DNA of 16,535 nucleotides from Armatimonadia bacterium (GCA_039683575.1 JBDKRC010000288.1:1-16535); one strand, 5' to 3'; shown: positions 9,158-16,223, counted from the first letter of the stretch. Notes: generated by a model from the letters alone, not told the origin. Numbers and translations are program-made.

Positions 9158-9910
9158 TTACCCAAACTTCCGCGGCAGATCCACCACCTGCGACTTCTCA
9201 ATCCCTGCCAGCTCCATCACCCTCCGGCACCACCCGTGGTTGCCCACCGCCCCGCACGAATGCGCATCGCTTCCCAGCACAAACTTCACATTCTTCTCCG
9301 CCATCAGCGCCAGCACATCCGCATATTCCAGCGTGAACTGCGCCACCGGCACGTCCGGATACCACCACGGCATCTGGTTCATGATCTCAAACGCCGTATC
9401 CGTCTCATACAGCGCCGCCGGGACCTCACGCAACCCGGTCCGCGGCAGCTGCCCCGGCGTAACCTGCGCGGGGAACCGCCCCAGGTTGAACGGGTGGGCG
9501 AGCGCATCCACGAGCGGGTTCTGCACCGCCGCCAGCGTCGCCCGGAACACATTGTCCAGGTACCGCTCAATCTGCGCCGGCGGGTCCATCGCTATCCCCT
9601 TCGTCGTCCCGCCCATATCCGCCAGCACAAACTGCACCAGCGTCGCCTCGCTCTCGGTCAGTGCCAGCGTCCCCAGATGATCGCGTATCTGTACCTCCAT
9701 CCCCGCCACCACTTTGATCGTCGACGCCGCATCGGCCGCCACAATCCGCGCCACCCGTGCGCTCAGGTCGTCATCATGCGGCCAGTAGTGGTCGGAAATC
9801 ACCACCAGCTCCAGCCCCGTCGCTTCGGCCATCAGGACATTCTCTTCAACCGAGTTCCGTCCGTCCGACATGTTAGTGTGCGTGTGGCAGTCATAGGGGA
9901 TCGCCATCAT
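9158..9910 (-). CDS. PHP domain protein (YcdX/histidinol phosphatase-like)
   Basis: DCHTHTNMSDG, ISDH, GME, LAHP, FEI, LGSDAH motifs. GGAGG SD before ATGATG. Confidence 0.9.
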   Translation of the reverse strand: MMAIPYDCHTHTNMSDGRNSVEENVLMAEATGLELVVISDHYWPHDDDLSARVARIVAADAASTIKVVAGMEVQIRDHLGTLALTESEATLVQFVLADMGGTTKGIAMDPPAQIERYLDNVFRATLAAVQNPLVDALAHPFNLGRFPAQVTPGQLPRTGLREVPAALYETDTAFEIMNQMPWWYPDVPVAQFTLEYADVLALMAEKNVKFVLGSDAHSCGAVGNHGWCRRVMELAGIEKSQVVDLPRKFG

Positions 9911-9945
9911 CAGCCTCCGTGCGAGACACTGCTGCTAATATCTTC

Positions 9946-10158
9946 GTAGGACGGGCGTCTCATCCGTCTCCAACATGCGATGCCGAAGCTCCCCCTCTCG
10001 CTCCAAGCTCCAACGACATCTTCGTAGAACGGGCGGCTCGCTCCAACGATATCTTTGTAGGACGGGCGGCTCGCCCGTCTCCAACACGCAATGCCGAAGC
10101 TCGCCCTCTCGCTCCAAGCCTCCAACGATATCTTCGTAGGACGGGCGTCTCGCCCGTC
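9946..10158 (+). repeat. GTAG-family REP array (four units)
   Basis: GTAG-GACGGGCG(T/G)CT-CGCCCGTC hairpins starting at 9946, 10024 (truncated), 10057 and 10136. Spacings 78, 33 and 79 bp with repeated linkers. Confidence 0.85.
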
Positions 10159-10189
10159 TCCAACACGCGATGCGGCGGTCTCGTCTTCA

Positions 10190-10271
10190 GGCCCGAAGGG
10201 CCGTCAGCCGCTAGCCAGGGCCGCAAGGCCCTGGTAACTGCCACCTCCACCCTCAGGAGCCCCGAAGGGGC
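10190..10271. repeat. Three-hairpin palindromic module (CCCGAAGGG / CCAGGGCC-GCAA-GGCCCTGG / CCCCGAAGGGG); second copy at 10502-10583
   Basis: GGCCC-GAA-GGGCC, CCAGGGCC-GCAA-GGCCCTGG and GCCCC-GAA-GGGGC read directly; identical in both duplication copies. Confidence 0.8.
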
Positions 10272-10285
10272 GGCAGCCAATACCT

Positions 10286-10365
10286 CTACCCCAAAACCTC
10301 GCGCGTCGCACTCAGACTCTCTTCCGCATACCGAACCGGATCATCAACAATGTTGAACAGATCAA
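10286..10365 (-). pseudogene. Orphan diverged copy of the last ~25 codons of the isomerase gene
   Basis: Reads DLFNIVDDPVRYAEESLSATREVLG* versus DLFNIADDPVRYAEESLRATRELLG* in the gene; 7 mismatches in 80 bp, no indels. Confidence 0.85.
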
Positions 10366-10414
10366 GGGATCGCCATCATCAGCCTCCGTGCGAGACACTG
10401 CTGCTAATATCCTC

Positions 10415-10470
10415 ATACGACGGGCGGCTCGCTCCAACGATATCCTCATAGGACGGGCGACTCGCCCGTC
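10415..10470 (+). repeat. Two REP units with mutated tags (ATAC, ATAG instead of GTAG)
   Basis: ATACGACGGGCGGCTCGC at 10415 and ATAGGACGGGCGACTCGCCCGTC at 10448, 33 bp apart. Confidence 0.8.
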
Positions 10471-10597
10471 TCCAACACGCAATGCGGCGGTCTCGCCTTC
10501 AGGCCCGAAGGGCCGTCAGCCGCTAGCCAGGGCCGCAAGGCCCTGGTAACTGCCACCTCCACCCTCAGGAGCCCCGAAGGGGCGGCAGCCAATACCT

Positions 10598-11374
10598 CTA
10601 CCCCAAAAGCTCGCGCGTCGCCCTCAGACTCTCTTCCGCATAGCGCACCGGATCATCCGCTATGTTGAACAGATCAATCGTGTAATACCCATCATACCCC
10701 ACTTCCAACAATTTCTGATGCAACTCCTGCAGCGGCATGTCCCCCTGCCCCGGCACCAGATGCTTGTGCTCGCCCGCCGGGAAGTCCTCCCAATGCACAT
10801 GCAGCAGATATGGCGCCAAATCCTCCACCGACTGCAGCAAGTCCCCGTCCGTCAGCCACGCATGCCCCACGTCGAGGTTCACCCCGAGCGCCGGGTGGTC
10901 AACCTCCTCGATCAGCCGCAGCATCTCCGCCGTTCCCGCCACGAACATCCCCGGCTCCGGCTCAATCGCAATCGCATGCCCTCGCTCCAGCGCCTCCGGC
11001 AACAGCTCATTGCGCAGCAGCGCCACCAACTCCGCCCACTGCTCCCCCTCTCGCCCCTCGACGAGGTGCTCCGAGTTCAAAATCAGTATCTCCGCCCCCA
11101 GGTCCTGCACAATCCGCCCACACCTCACCTGGTTCGCCCGCCGCTCGTCATGGTCCTCGCGGTCACCATGATAGCTCACACTCGCGATCTCCAGCCCGGC
11201 CTCGCTCACCATCGCCGCGACGTCACCGCACCGCCCCGGGTCAAGCTTCTCGGGCCGCATCTGCGGGTGCTCCAGACACAACTCAACCCCGTCATACCCA
11301 ATATCCGCCAGCGCCGCCAGCGCCTCCGACACGTTCCACTCGCGAAAGCCAGCCGTTCGAAAACCAATCTTCAT
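10598..11374 (-). CDS. Sugar phosphate isomerase/epimerase family protein (xylose-isomerase-like TIM barrel, AP_endonuc_2)
   Basis: GYDGVEL, IAIEPEPG, NLDVGH, HVHWED, HLVPGQG, GYDGYYTIDL. Start MKIGF at 11374, 4 nt after the pcm stop. Confidence 0.9.
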   Translation of the reverse strand: MKIGFRTAGFREWNVSEALAALADIGYDGVELCLEHPQMRPEKLDPGRCGDVAAMVSEAGLEIASVSYHGDREDHDERRANQVRCGRIVQDLGAEILILNSEHLVEGREGEQWAELVALLRNELLPEALERGHAIAIEPEPGMFVAGTAEMLRLIEEVDHPALGVNLDVGHAWLTDGDLLQSVEDLAPYLLHVHWEDFPAGEHKHLVPGQGDMPLQELHQKLLEVGYDGYYTIDLFNIADDPVRYAEESLRATRELLG

Positions 11375-11378
11375 CTCG

Positions 11379-12041
11379 TCATCCCTGCTTCCACCCGTGC
11401 TCGCCCAGAAGCGGCACGAACACGCAGTCAATGGATCGCTCGACCACCAACTTCCCCTCGCACTTCACCGCCACCTGGCAGGTCTGCATAAATCGATTCC
11501 CAACCGGCGCCACAACTCTTCCGCCATCCGCCAGTTGCGCCACCAACGGTTCCGGCAGCCCCGGCGCCGCCGCCGAGATCAGCACTCGATCAAACGGCGC
11601 GCCCTCCTGCAGCCCCAGCGTCCCGTCTCCCGCAACAATATGCACATTCTCATACCCGAGCCGCCTGACTACGTCCGCCGCCAGACGCGCCAACTCCGGC
11701 ACCAACTCCACCGCCCAGACCTCCTCGGCCAGTTGCCCCAGCAACGCCGCCACATACCCCGATCCCGCCCCCACCTCCAGCACCCGATCCCCCGGCCTCA
11801 CCTCAAGCAGGCTCAGCATCAGCGCGACCATATACGGCTGCGAGATGCTCTGCCCATGCCCAATCGGCAGCGCCCGGTCCTCATAGGCTTCCCAAACCGC
11901 CTCCGGCCACACGAACTCATGCCGCGGCACCTCCCCCATAGCCCGAAGCACCCGCTCATCGTCCAGGCCCCGCGCCCGAAGCTGGCGCTGCACCATCTCC
12001 GCCCTCTGCCGCGCCAGATTACCCCGTGAAGGTACTGTCAT
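11379..12041 (-). CDS. pcm: Protein-L-isoaspartate(D-aspartate) O-methyltransferase
   Basis: VPRHEFV, AYEDRALPIGHGQSISQPYMVA, VLEVGAGSGY, GDGTLG, APFDRV, FVPLLG: canonical PCMT motifs. Confidence 0.95.
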   Translation of the reverse strand: MTVPSRGNLARQRAEMVQRQLRARGLDDERVLRAMGEVPRHEFVWPEAVWEAYEDRALPIGHGQSISQPYMVALMLSLLEVRPGDRVLEVGAGSGYVAALLGQLAEEVWAVELVPELARLAADVVRRLGYENVHIVAGDGTLGLQEGAPFDRVLISAAAPGLPEPLVAQLADGGRVVAPVGNRFMQTCQVAVKCEGKLVVERSIDCVFVPLLGEHGWKQG

Positions 12042-12123
12042 AGTCTCCCATGCAGGTTCGGCATGTCGCCCCGTCGAAGTCTCTGCTTGCGGCTCTTGCG
12101 AGCATAGGGATCGCCGAGAACCT

Positions 12124-12197
12124 TATCTTCGTAGGACGGGCGTCCCGCGTGGTGCGGGCGTCTCGCCCGCTCACGCCGTCCCGCGTCTCACGCCGTC
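12124..12197 (+). repeat. REP cluster in the pcm/PP2C divergent spacer
   Basis: TATCTTCGTAGGACGGGCGTC (12124-12144) identical to 9939-9959. GTGG-T-GCGGGCG-TCT-CGCCCGC at 12149-12170. TCACGCCGTC direct repeat at 12171 and 12188. Confidence 0.8.
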
Positions 12198-12199
12198 GC

Positions 12200-12227
12200 G
12201 GAACTTTAGCTTCTTCTTCCGCGTATA
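12200..12227 (+). promoter_or_regulatory. Possible ECF-sigma-type promoter for the PP2C gene
   Basis: GGAAC-N17-CGTA(TA) about 30 bp before the start and GGGAGG SD; motif match only. Confidence 0.3.
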
Positions 12228-12255
12228 TCTTACCATAGAAGGGAGGTGACGCACA

Positions 12256-13554
12256 TTGGCAATGACGCCAGCAGACAGATCGCCCTCGGCACCGCAGGCC
12301 GTCCGCGAAGATTCTGATATCATCGCCGCCCTGATCCGCACCGCGATCATTATTGCTTTCTATAGCCTGCGGTACTACTACAGTGCCTATCCGGTCCCGC
12401 TGTACATGGACCTCACCCTGTGGGCCGCGGCTATCTACAATCTGGGCCTCCTGGCCCTGCACCTGGCCGACCGCCCGCTACGCCGCCAGCGCCCCCTGGG
12501 CCTCCTGCTGGACCTGCTACTGGTCACCGCCGCCATAGTCACCGTCCACCGCGAGGGCTATGACCTCTTCAACTTGTACTACCTCGTCGTCATCGCGGCA
12601 GCCGTCTGGTTCCGCCTCATCGGCGCAATCAGCGTGAGCATCGTTGCCATCGTGCTCGCCCTCTTCGCCCCGCACGTGTTGCTGCAATACCCGCTCGCTG
12701 TTGATGAGGTCATACTCAAAGCCCCACTGCTCATGCTCGTGGCAGTGATCGCGGGCTACCTGATGCGTGCCCATGACGCCGAACACGTCGCCATCGTCGC
12801 CCTCCGCCAGGAAATGCGCCTCGCGCGCACGCTGCAAAGCCGCCTGCTCCCCTCGTCGCTACCCAGGATCGAAGCCTATGACCTCGGTCTGATCTTCGAA
12901 CCAGCCCGCCAGGTCGGTGGTGACTTCTACGACCTCCGCCTGCTCGACGATGACCATCTCTTCGTCGTCCTCGCCGACATGTCCGGCAAGAGCGTCTACG
13001 GCCTCGTCCACCTCTCCCTCGTCTTCTCGCACCTCCAGGCCGCCGCCAACGAAGGCTTCGGTCCGGCCGAGATCGCCCGCATCGTCAACCGCGGCACCTA
13101 CGCAGCTTTGCAGCCCGAAAGCTACGCCTCAGTCTTCATCGCCACCCTCCGCCTCTCCGACGGCCTGCTCACCTACGTCAACTGTGGACACGTCCCCCCG
13201 CTGCTGCTCTACCGCGACGAACGAGAGCCGGCCCTGCTGGCCACAGGCGGCACAGTCATAGGCGCCATTCCAGAGCCCATGTATGAAGAGCGGCAGGCGA
13301 GGCTTGAGGCTGGGGATATTCTGGTCTGCTACTCGGACGGCATCTCCGAGGCTCGCAGTACGGGGCGGCAATTCTACGGGGAAGAGAAAGTGGCGCAGAT
13401 GGCGCGGCAAGGTACAGACCTGCCGGCTCAGGACCTGGCAGCCCAGCTATACCACGACGCAACCCACTTCGCGGCCAGCCCGGGCCAGGACGACGTAACA
13501 GTAGTAGTAATCCACAAAACACCCCCCGCTCCCCCCGGAGGGGCCGAGCTTTAG
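12256..13554 (+). CDS. Membrane-anchored PP2C-family (SpoIIE/RsbU-like) Ser/Thr phosphatase
   Basis: Several hydrophobic N-terminal segments, then ARTLQSRLLP, VGGDFYD, LADMSGKS, YVNCGH, YSDGISE, QDDVT. GGGAGG SD at 12241-12246; start TTG 12256 or ATG 12262. Confidence 0.9.
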   Translation: MAMTPADRSPSAPQAVREDSDIIAALIRTAIIIAFYSLRYYYSAYPVPLYMDLTLWAAAIYNLGLLALHLADRPLRRQRPLGLLLDLLLVTAAIVTVHREGYDLFNLYYLVVIAAAVWFRLIGAISVSIVAIVLALFAPHVLLQYPLAVDEVILKAPLLMLVAVIAGYLMRAHDAEHVAIVALRQEMRLARTLQSRLLPSSLPRIEAYDLGLIFEPARQVGGDFYDLRLLDDDHLFVVLADMSGKSVYGLVHLSLVFSHLQAAANEGFGPAEIARIVNRGTYAALQPESYASVFIATLRLSDGLLTYVNCGHVPPLLLYRDEREPALLATGGTVIGAIPEPMYEERQARLEAGDILVCYSDGISEARSTGRQFYGEEKVAQMARQGTDLPAQDLAAQLYHDATHFAASPGQDDVTVVVIHKTPPAPPGGAEL

Positions 13555-13574
13555 CCGGCCCGCCGTTATCACCG

Positions 13575-13656
13575 ACCACCCCTCGCACCTTACCCAACCC
13601 CAACCCGCCCGTCTCACCCCCCCCGATTCCCCCTTCCCGATTCCCCCTCCCGGCCG
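13575..13656 (+). repeat. C-rich low-complexity/heptamer tract between convergent PP2C and lexA
   Basis: CCCAACCCCAACCC...CCCCGATTCCCCCTTCCCGATTCCCCCTCCCGGCC. Confidence 0.6.
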
Positions 13657-13657
13657 T

Positions 13658-14266
13658 TCAATGATACGATCGTATGACTCCGCACACCCGCCCCAGAATC
13701 TGCGCCTCGCGCGTGATGATCGGCTCCAACGCATCGTTCTCCGGACGCAACTCAACCGCATGCTCGTGCTGGAAGAACCGCTTCACGGTCGCCTCTTCCT
13801 CCAGCATCGCCACCACGATCTCGCCATTGGTCGCGCTCTGCCGCCGCTCCACCACCACCATGTCCCCATCCATGATTCCGGCGTTGATCATGCTGTCTCC
13901 GCGCACACGCAGGAGAAACAGGTCCTGACCGGGAAACAGTCCTTCCGGTAGCGGGTACTCCTCTTCCACGTTCTGCGTGGCCAGGATCGGCTCACCGGCC
14001 GCAACCTTACCCACCAGCGGCACAATCCGCGCCGGCATCGGCTGGTAGTCACCCGTGGGCCGCAGCGCCCGCGTCAGCGACCCATCCCGCTCCAGGCAGC
14101 CTGCCTTCTCGAGCGCGCGCAGATGGAAATGGACTGACGAACTCGAAGTTAGGCCCACTTCCTGCCCGATCTCACGCACGGTTGGGGGGTATCCCCGCTC
14201 GCGCGTAGTGCGCACGATACAGTCCAAAATCGCCTGCCGGCGGTCACTGAGCTTCTCTTTGGCCAT
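13658..14266 (-). CDS. lexA: SOS repressor LexA
   Basis: HTH GYPPTVREIGQEVGLTSSSSVHFHL, Ala-Gly cleavage site VAAGEP, catalytic Ser (GDSM) and Lys (ATVKR). GAGGGTGA SD before ATG 14266 (202 aa). Confidence 0.97.
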   Translation of the reverse strand: MAKEKLSDRRQAILDCIVRTTRERGYPPTVREIGQEVGLTSSSSVHFHLRALEKAGCLERDGSLTRALRPTGDYQPMPARIVPLVGKVAAGEPILATQNVEEEYPLPEGLFPGQDLFLLRVRGDSMINAGIMDGDMVVVERRQSATNGEIVVAMLEEEATVKRFFQHEHAVELRPENDALEPIITREAQILGRVCGVIRSYH

Positions 14267-14310
14267 GGCTTGATCACCCTCACAGGGTAGCTTCTGCGGC
14301 ATTCACGCGG

Positions 14311-14339
14311 ATTGTAGCACAAACGTTCGCATGTCGCAA
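14311..14339 (-). promoter_or_regulatory. sigma70-type lexA promoter
   Basis: Minus strand TTGCGA (14339-14334), 17-bp spacer, TACAAT (14316-14311) with extended TG. Confidence 0.75.
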
Positions 14340-14350
14340 ACAAAAGTTCG
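14316..14350. promoter_or_regulatory. Two putative LexA (SOS/Cheo-type) boxes
   Basis: Minus strand CGAAC-GTTT-GTGCT (14316-14329) and CGAAC-TTTT-GTTTG (14337-14350), each one mismatch from GAAC-N4-GTTC, 21 bp apart, overlapping -10 and -35. Confidence 0.75.
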
Positions 14351-14370
14351 ATGTTTCGAGTCACAATTTC

Positions 14371-15105
14371 ATGAAGCGTCACCAATTCCAGGAACTCTAC
14401 GAACTCGAAGACTTCTACTGGTGGTTCATCGGCCGCCGCGAGCTCGTCCGCGACCTCGTCCGCCGCTACTCCCCCGACCCCGCCCAGCGCCTCCTCGATG
14501 CCGGCTGCGGCACCGGTGGCACCCTTCACCAACTCGAGGGCCGGGGCGACCTCTACGGCTGCGACCGCTCGCAGTACGCCCTCACCTGCTGCCTCCGCCG
14601 CGGCCTCGGCTGCGTCTCCCTCGCCGATGTGACTTCGCTCCCCTACGACCCCGACACCTTCGGCGTGGTCGTAAGCTGTGATGTCCTCGAACACGTCCCC
14701 GACGACCGCGCCGCTGTCGCCGAGATGGTCCGCGTCCTGCGCCCTGGTGGCCACCTGGTCCTCACCGTCCCCGCCCACCGCTTCCTCTGGAGCGAGCACG
14801 ATGAGGCCCTCGCCCACCTCCGCCGTTATTCTGCCAAAGAACTTCGCGCCCTCCTGCAGGAGGCAGGTCTGCAGGTGGTGAAACTAAGTCCGGTGGTGGT
14901 CATCGCCTTCCCGCCGATCCTACTCTTCCGCCTGCTCCAGCGCCTCCGCCGCCGCCAGCCCGACGAACCGAAAACCGACCTCCGCGTCCTGCCCGCGCCC
15001 CTGAACAAGCTCCTGATCTGGGCGCTTAGGTTGGAAAACTGGCTCCTACGATACCTCAACCTCCCCGTAGGAACCTCTCTAGTAGCGGTTGCCAAAAAGG
15101 TATGA
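14371..15105 (+). CDS. Class I SAM-dependent methyltransferase
   Basis: LEDFYWWFIGRR, LLDAGCGTG, DVLEHV, VLRPGG, TVPAHRFLWSEHD...HLRRYS. Confidence 0.9.
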   Translation: MKRHQFQELYELEDFYWWFIGRRELVRDLVRRYSPDPAQRLLDAGCGTGGTLHQLEGRGDLYGCDRSQYALTCCLRRGLGCVSLADVTSLPYDPDTFGVVVSCDVLEHVPDDRAAVAEMVRVLRPGGHLVLTVPAHRFLWSEHDEALAHLRRYSAKELRALLQEAGLQVVKLSPVVVIAFPPILLFRLLQRLRRRQPDEPKTDLRVLPAPLNKLLIWALRLENWLLRYLNLPVGTSLVAVAKKV

Positions 15106-15124
15106 TCGGGAGACGTTTTTGAAT

Positions 15125-15159
15125 CTGATCCCTGAATCCTGAACCCTGGTGCCTGCCCT
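15125..15159 (+). repeat. Five degenerate CTGNNN(C/T) heptamers directly before the next ATG
   Basis: ctgatcc ctgaatc ctgaacc ctggtgc ctgccct. Confidence 0.6.
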
Positions 15160-16128
15160 ATGCGCGTTGGCCTCTGTTTCGCCGGTGGTACGCAGGAACT
15201 CTCGCAGGTGGACCTCGGCTTCGTCCAGGCCCTCGGCTTCTCCACCCTGTTCGTGGGTTGTTACGAGGACGATGCGCACTGGCGAGCGGAGGAGCTCGCC
15301 GGCTTCGCCCGCCGCGCCCGCGCCCGGGGCTTTGACATCTTCGTTATGCCGTGGGGCTATGGCAAAGTCCTCGACCCCGACCCCGCCGTCCCCAGCCTCT
15401 ACGTCGAAACGCATCCTCAGACCTTGCAGATCGACAGCCGCGGCCGTCGCGTGCCCAAAGCCTGCCCCAACAACCCCTACTTCCTCGAATGGTTCTCCTC
15501 CAGCATGCGCACCCTCGCCTGGCTGCTCGAGGGCAGTGGCTTCCTGTGGGACGAGCCCTCCTTCCACTACTCCCGTGGCACCTGGGCCTGTCGCTGCGAA
15601 TACTGCCAGCGCCTCTACCACGCCTCCCTCGGCCGCGACCTGCCACGGGATTACGCGGGCGACGTCGTCAACTTCCGCGAGCTAAGCATCGTCATGTTCC
15701 TCCTCGCCGCCGCCGCGGCGGTCCAGGCGGTGGACTACCGCCTCCAGTCCCTCGTCATGCCCACTCCAGCCCTCCCGGGCTCGCAAGTCCAAAGCGGCAC
15801 GGGCAACTGGGGTTCCCTCGCCGCCTGCTCGGCCTGCGACGTCCTCAGCCTCTTCGTCCCCTGGCAACACAACGACGTCCCGATGGAGCAAGCCGTCAAG
15901 GACATCCATCAAGAGGGCCATCGCCAGGCCGACAAGTACGGGAAGCAGTCAATCCTCTGGGTAGCCGCCAGTCCCAGCCCCCGCGACCGCATCCTCGACG
16001 CCATACCAGTAGCCGCCGCCGCCGGCGCGAGAATGCTGGTCCTGGCCGACTACGGCAGCCTGCTAGCCAGCCCCGCCTTCCCAAGGATGCAGGAAGACCT
16101 CCAGCGTGTAATCTACCAGGTAAAATAG
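15160..16128 (+). CDS. Hypothetical protein, probable glycoside-hydrolase-like TIM barrel with Cys cluster
   Basis: 322-aa ORF with genome-typical codons; ACPNNP, FLWDEP and CRCEYCQ resemble GH42-type/GHL barrel motifs; no signal peptide. Confidence 0.7.
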   Translation: MRVGLCFAGGTQELSQVDLGFVQALGFSTLFVGCYEDDAHWRAEELAGFARRARARGFDIFVMPWGYGKVLDPDPAVPSLYVETHPQTLQIDSRGRRVPKACPNNPYFLEWFSSSMRTLAWLLEGSGFLWDEPSFHYSRGTWACRCEYCQRLYHASLGRDLPRDYAGDVVNFRELSIVMFLLAAAAAVQAVDYRLQSLVMPTPALPGSQVQSGTGNWGSLAACSACDVLSLFVPWQHNDVPMEQAVKDIHQEGHRQADKYGKQSILWVAASPSPRDRILDAIPVAAAAGARMLVLADYGSLLASPAFPRMQEDLQRVIYQVK

Positions 16129-16164
16129 CCATCCCAGTTCCTGCCGTCCCCTCCCTCCCTCCGC

Positions 16165-16190
16165 GTAGGTCGGTTCGTCCCCGAACCGAC
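16165..16190 (+). repeat. Second GTAG-family REP hairpin
   Basis: GTAG-GTCGGTTCG-tccc-CGAACCGAC, perfect 9-bp stem, followed by CCGACAC heptamers. Confidence 0.7.
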
Positions 16191-16223
16191 ACCCGACACC
16201 AACTCCATTCCTCCCCAGCCTGT

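Larger units (their letters stand above)
9897..10677. repeat. Tandem duplication: copy 1 9897-10365 (469 bp), copy 2 10366-10677 (312 bp)
   Basis: Both copies begin GGGATCGCCATCATCAGCCTCCGTGCGAGACACTGCTGCTAATATC and end ATGTTGAACAGATCAA. The 157-bp length difference equals two extra REP units (78+79 bp). Confidence 0.95.

Noticed and set aside
8963-9949. 328-aa plus-strand ORF and other long antisense ORFs (10718-11491, 10810-11886, 11397-12029, 5666-6541, 7460-8362)
   Set aside because: Shadow frames of well-supported genes in GC-rich, skewed DNA, with low-complexity translations.
10190-10271. Structured ncRNA or riboswitch
   Set aside because: No match to a riboswitch or tRNA I recognise; better explained as a dispersed palindromic repeat.
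9910-10356. Small ORFs in the repeat region (9910-10125, 9919-10356, 9935-10117, 9960-10280)
   Set aside because: They are translations of REP units with no independent coding signal.
10286-10379. Programmed +1 frameshift fusing MMAIP to the orphan isomerase tail (CCT TGA)
   Set aside because: CCU to CUU re-pairing is poor compared with known CCC-UGA or CUU-UGA sites, and the product would be a ~30-aa fragment with no supporting evidence.
9939-10470. CRISPR array
   Set aside because: Linkers are themselves repeated rather than unique, periods are irregular (78/33/79), units are degenerate, and no cas genes are present.
10286-10677. Diversity-generating retroelement TR/VR pair (5 of 7 mismatches are A on the + strand of copy 1)
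   Set aside because: The gene is on the minus strand, so these are T in the sense orientation. Two mismatches are C/G, changes favour third codon positions, and no reverse transcriptase is in the window.
14267-14302. N-terminal extension of LexA given by the ORF track
   Set aside because: ATG 14266 has a good SD and gives a typical 202-aa LexA; 14302 lies at about the predicted transcription start.
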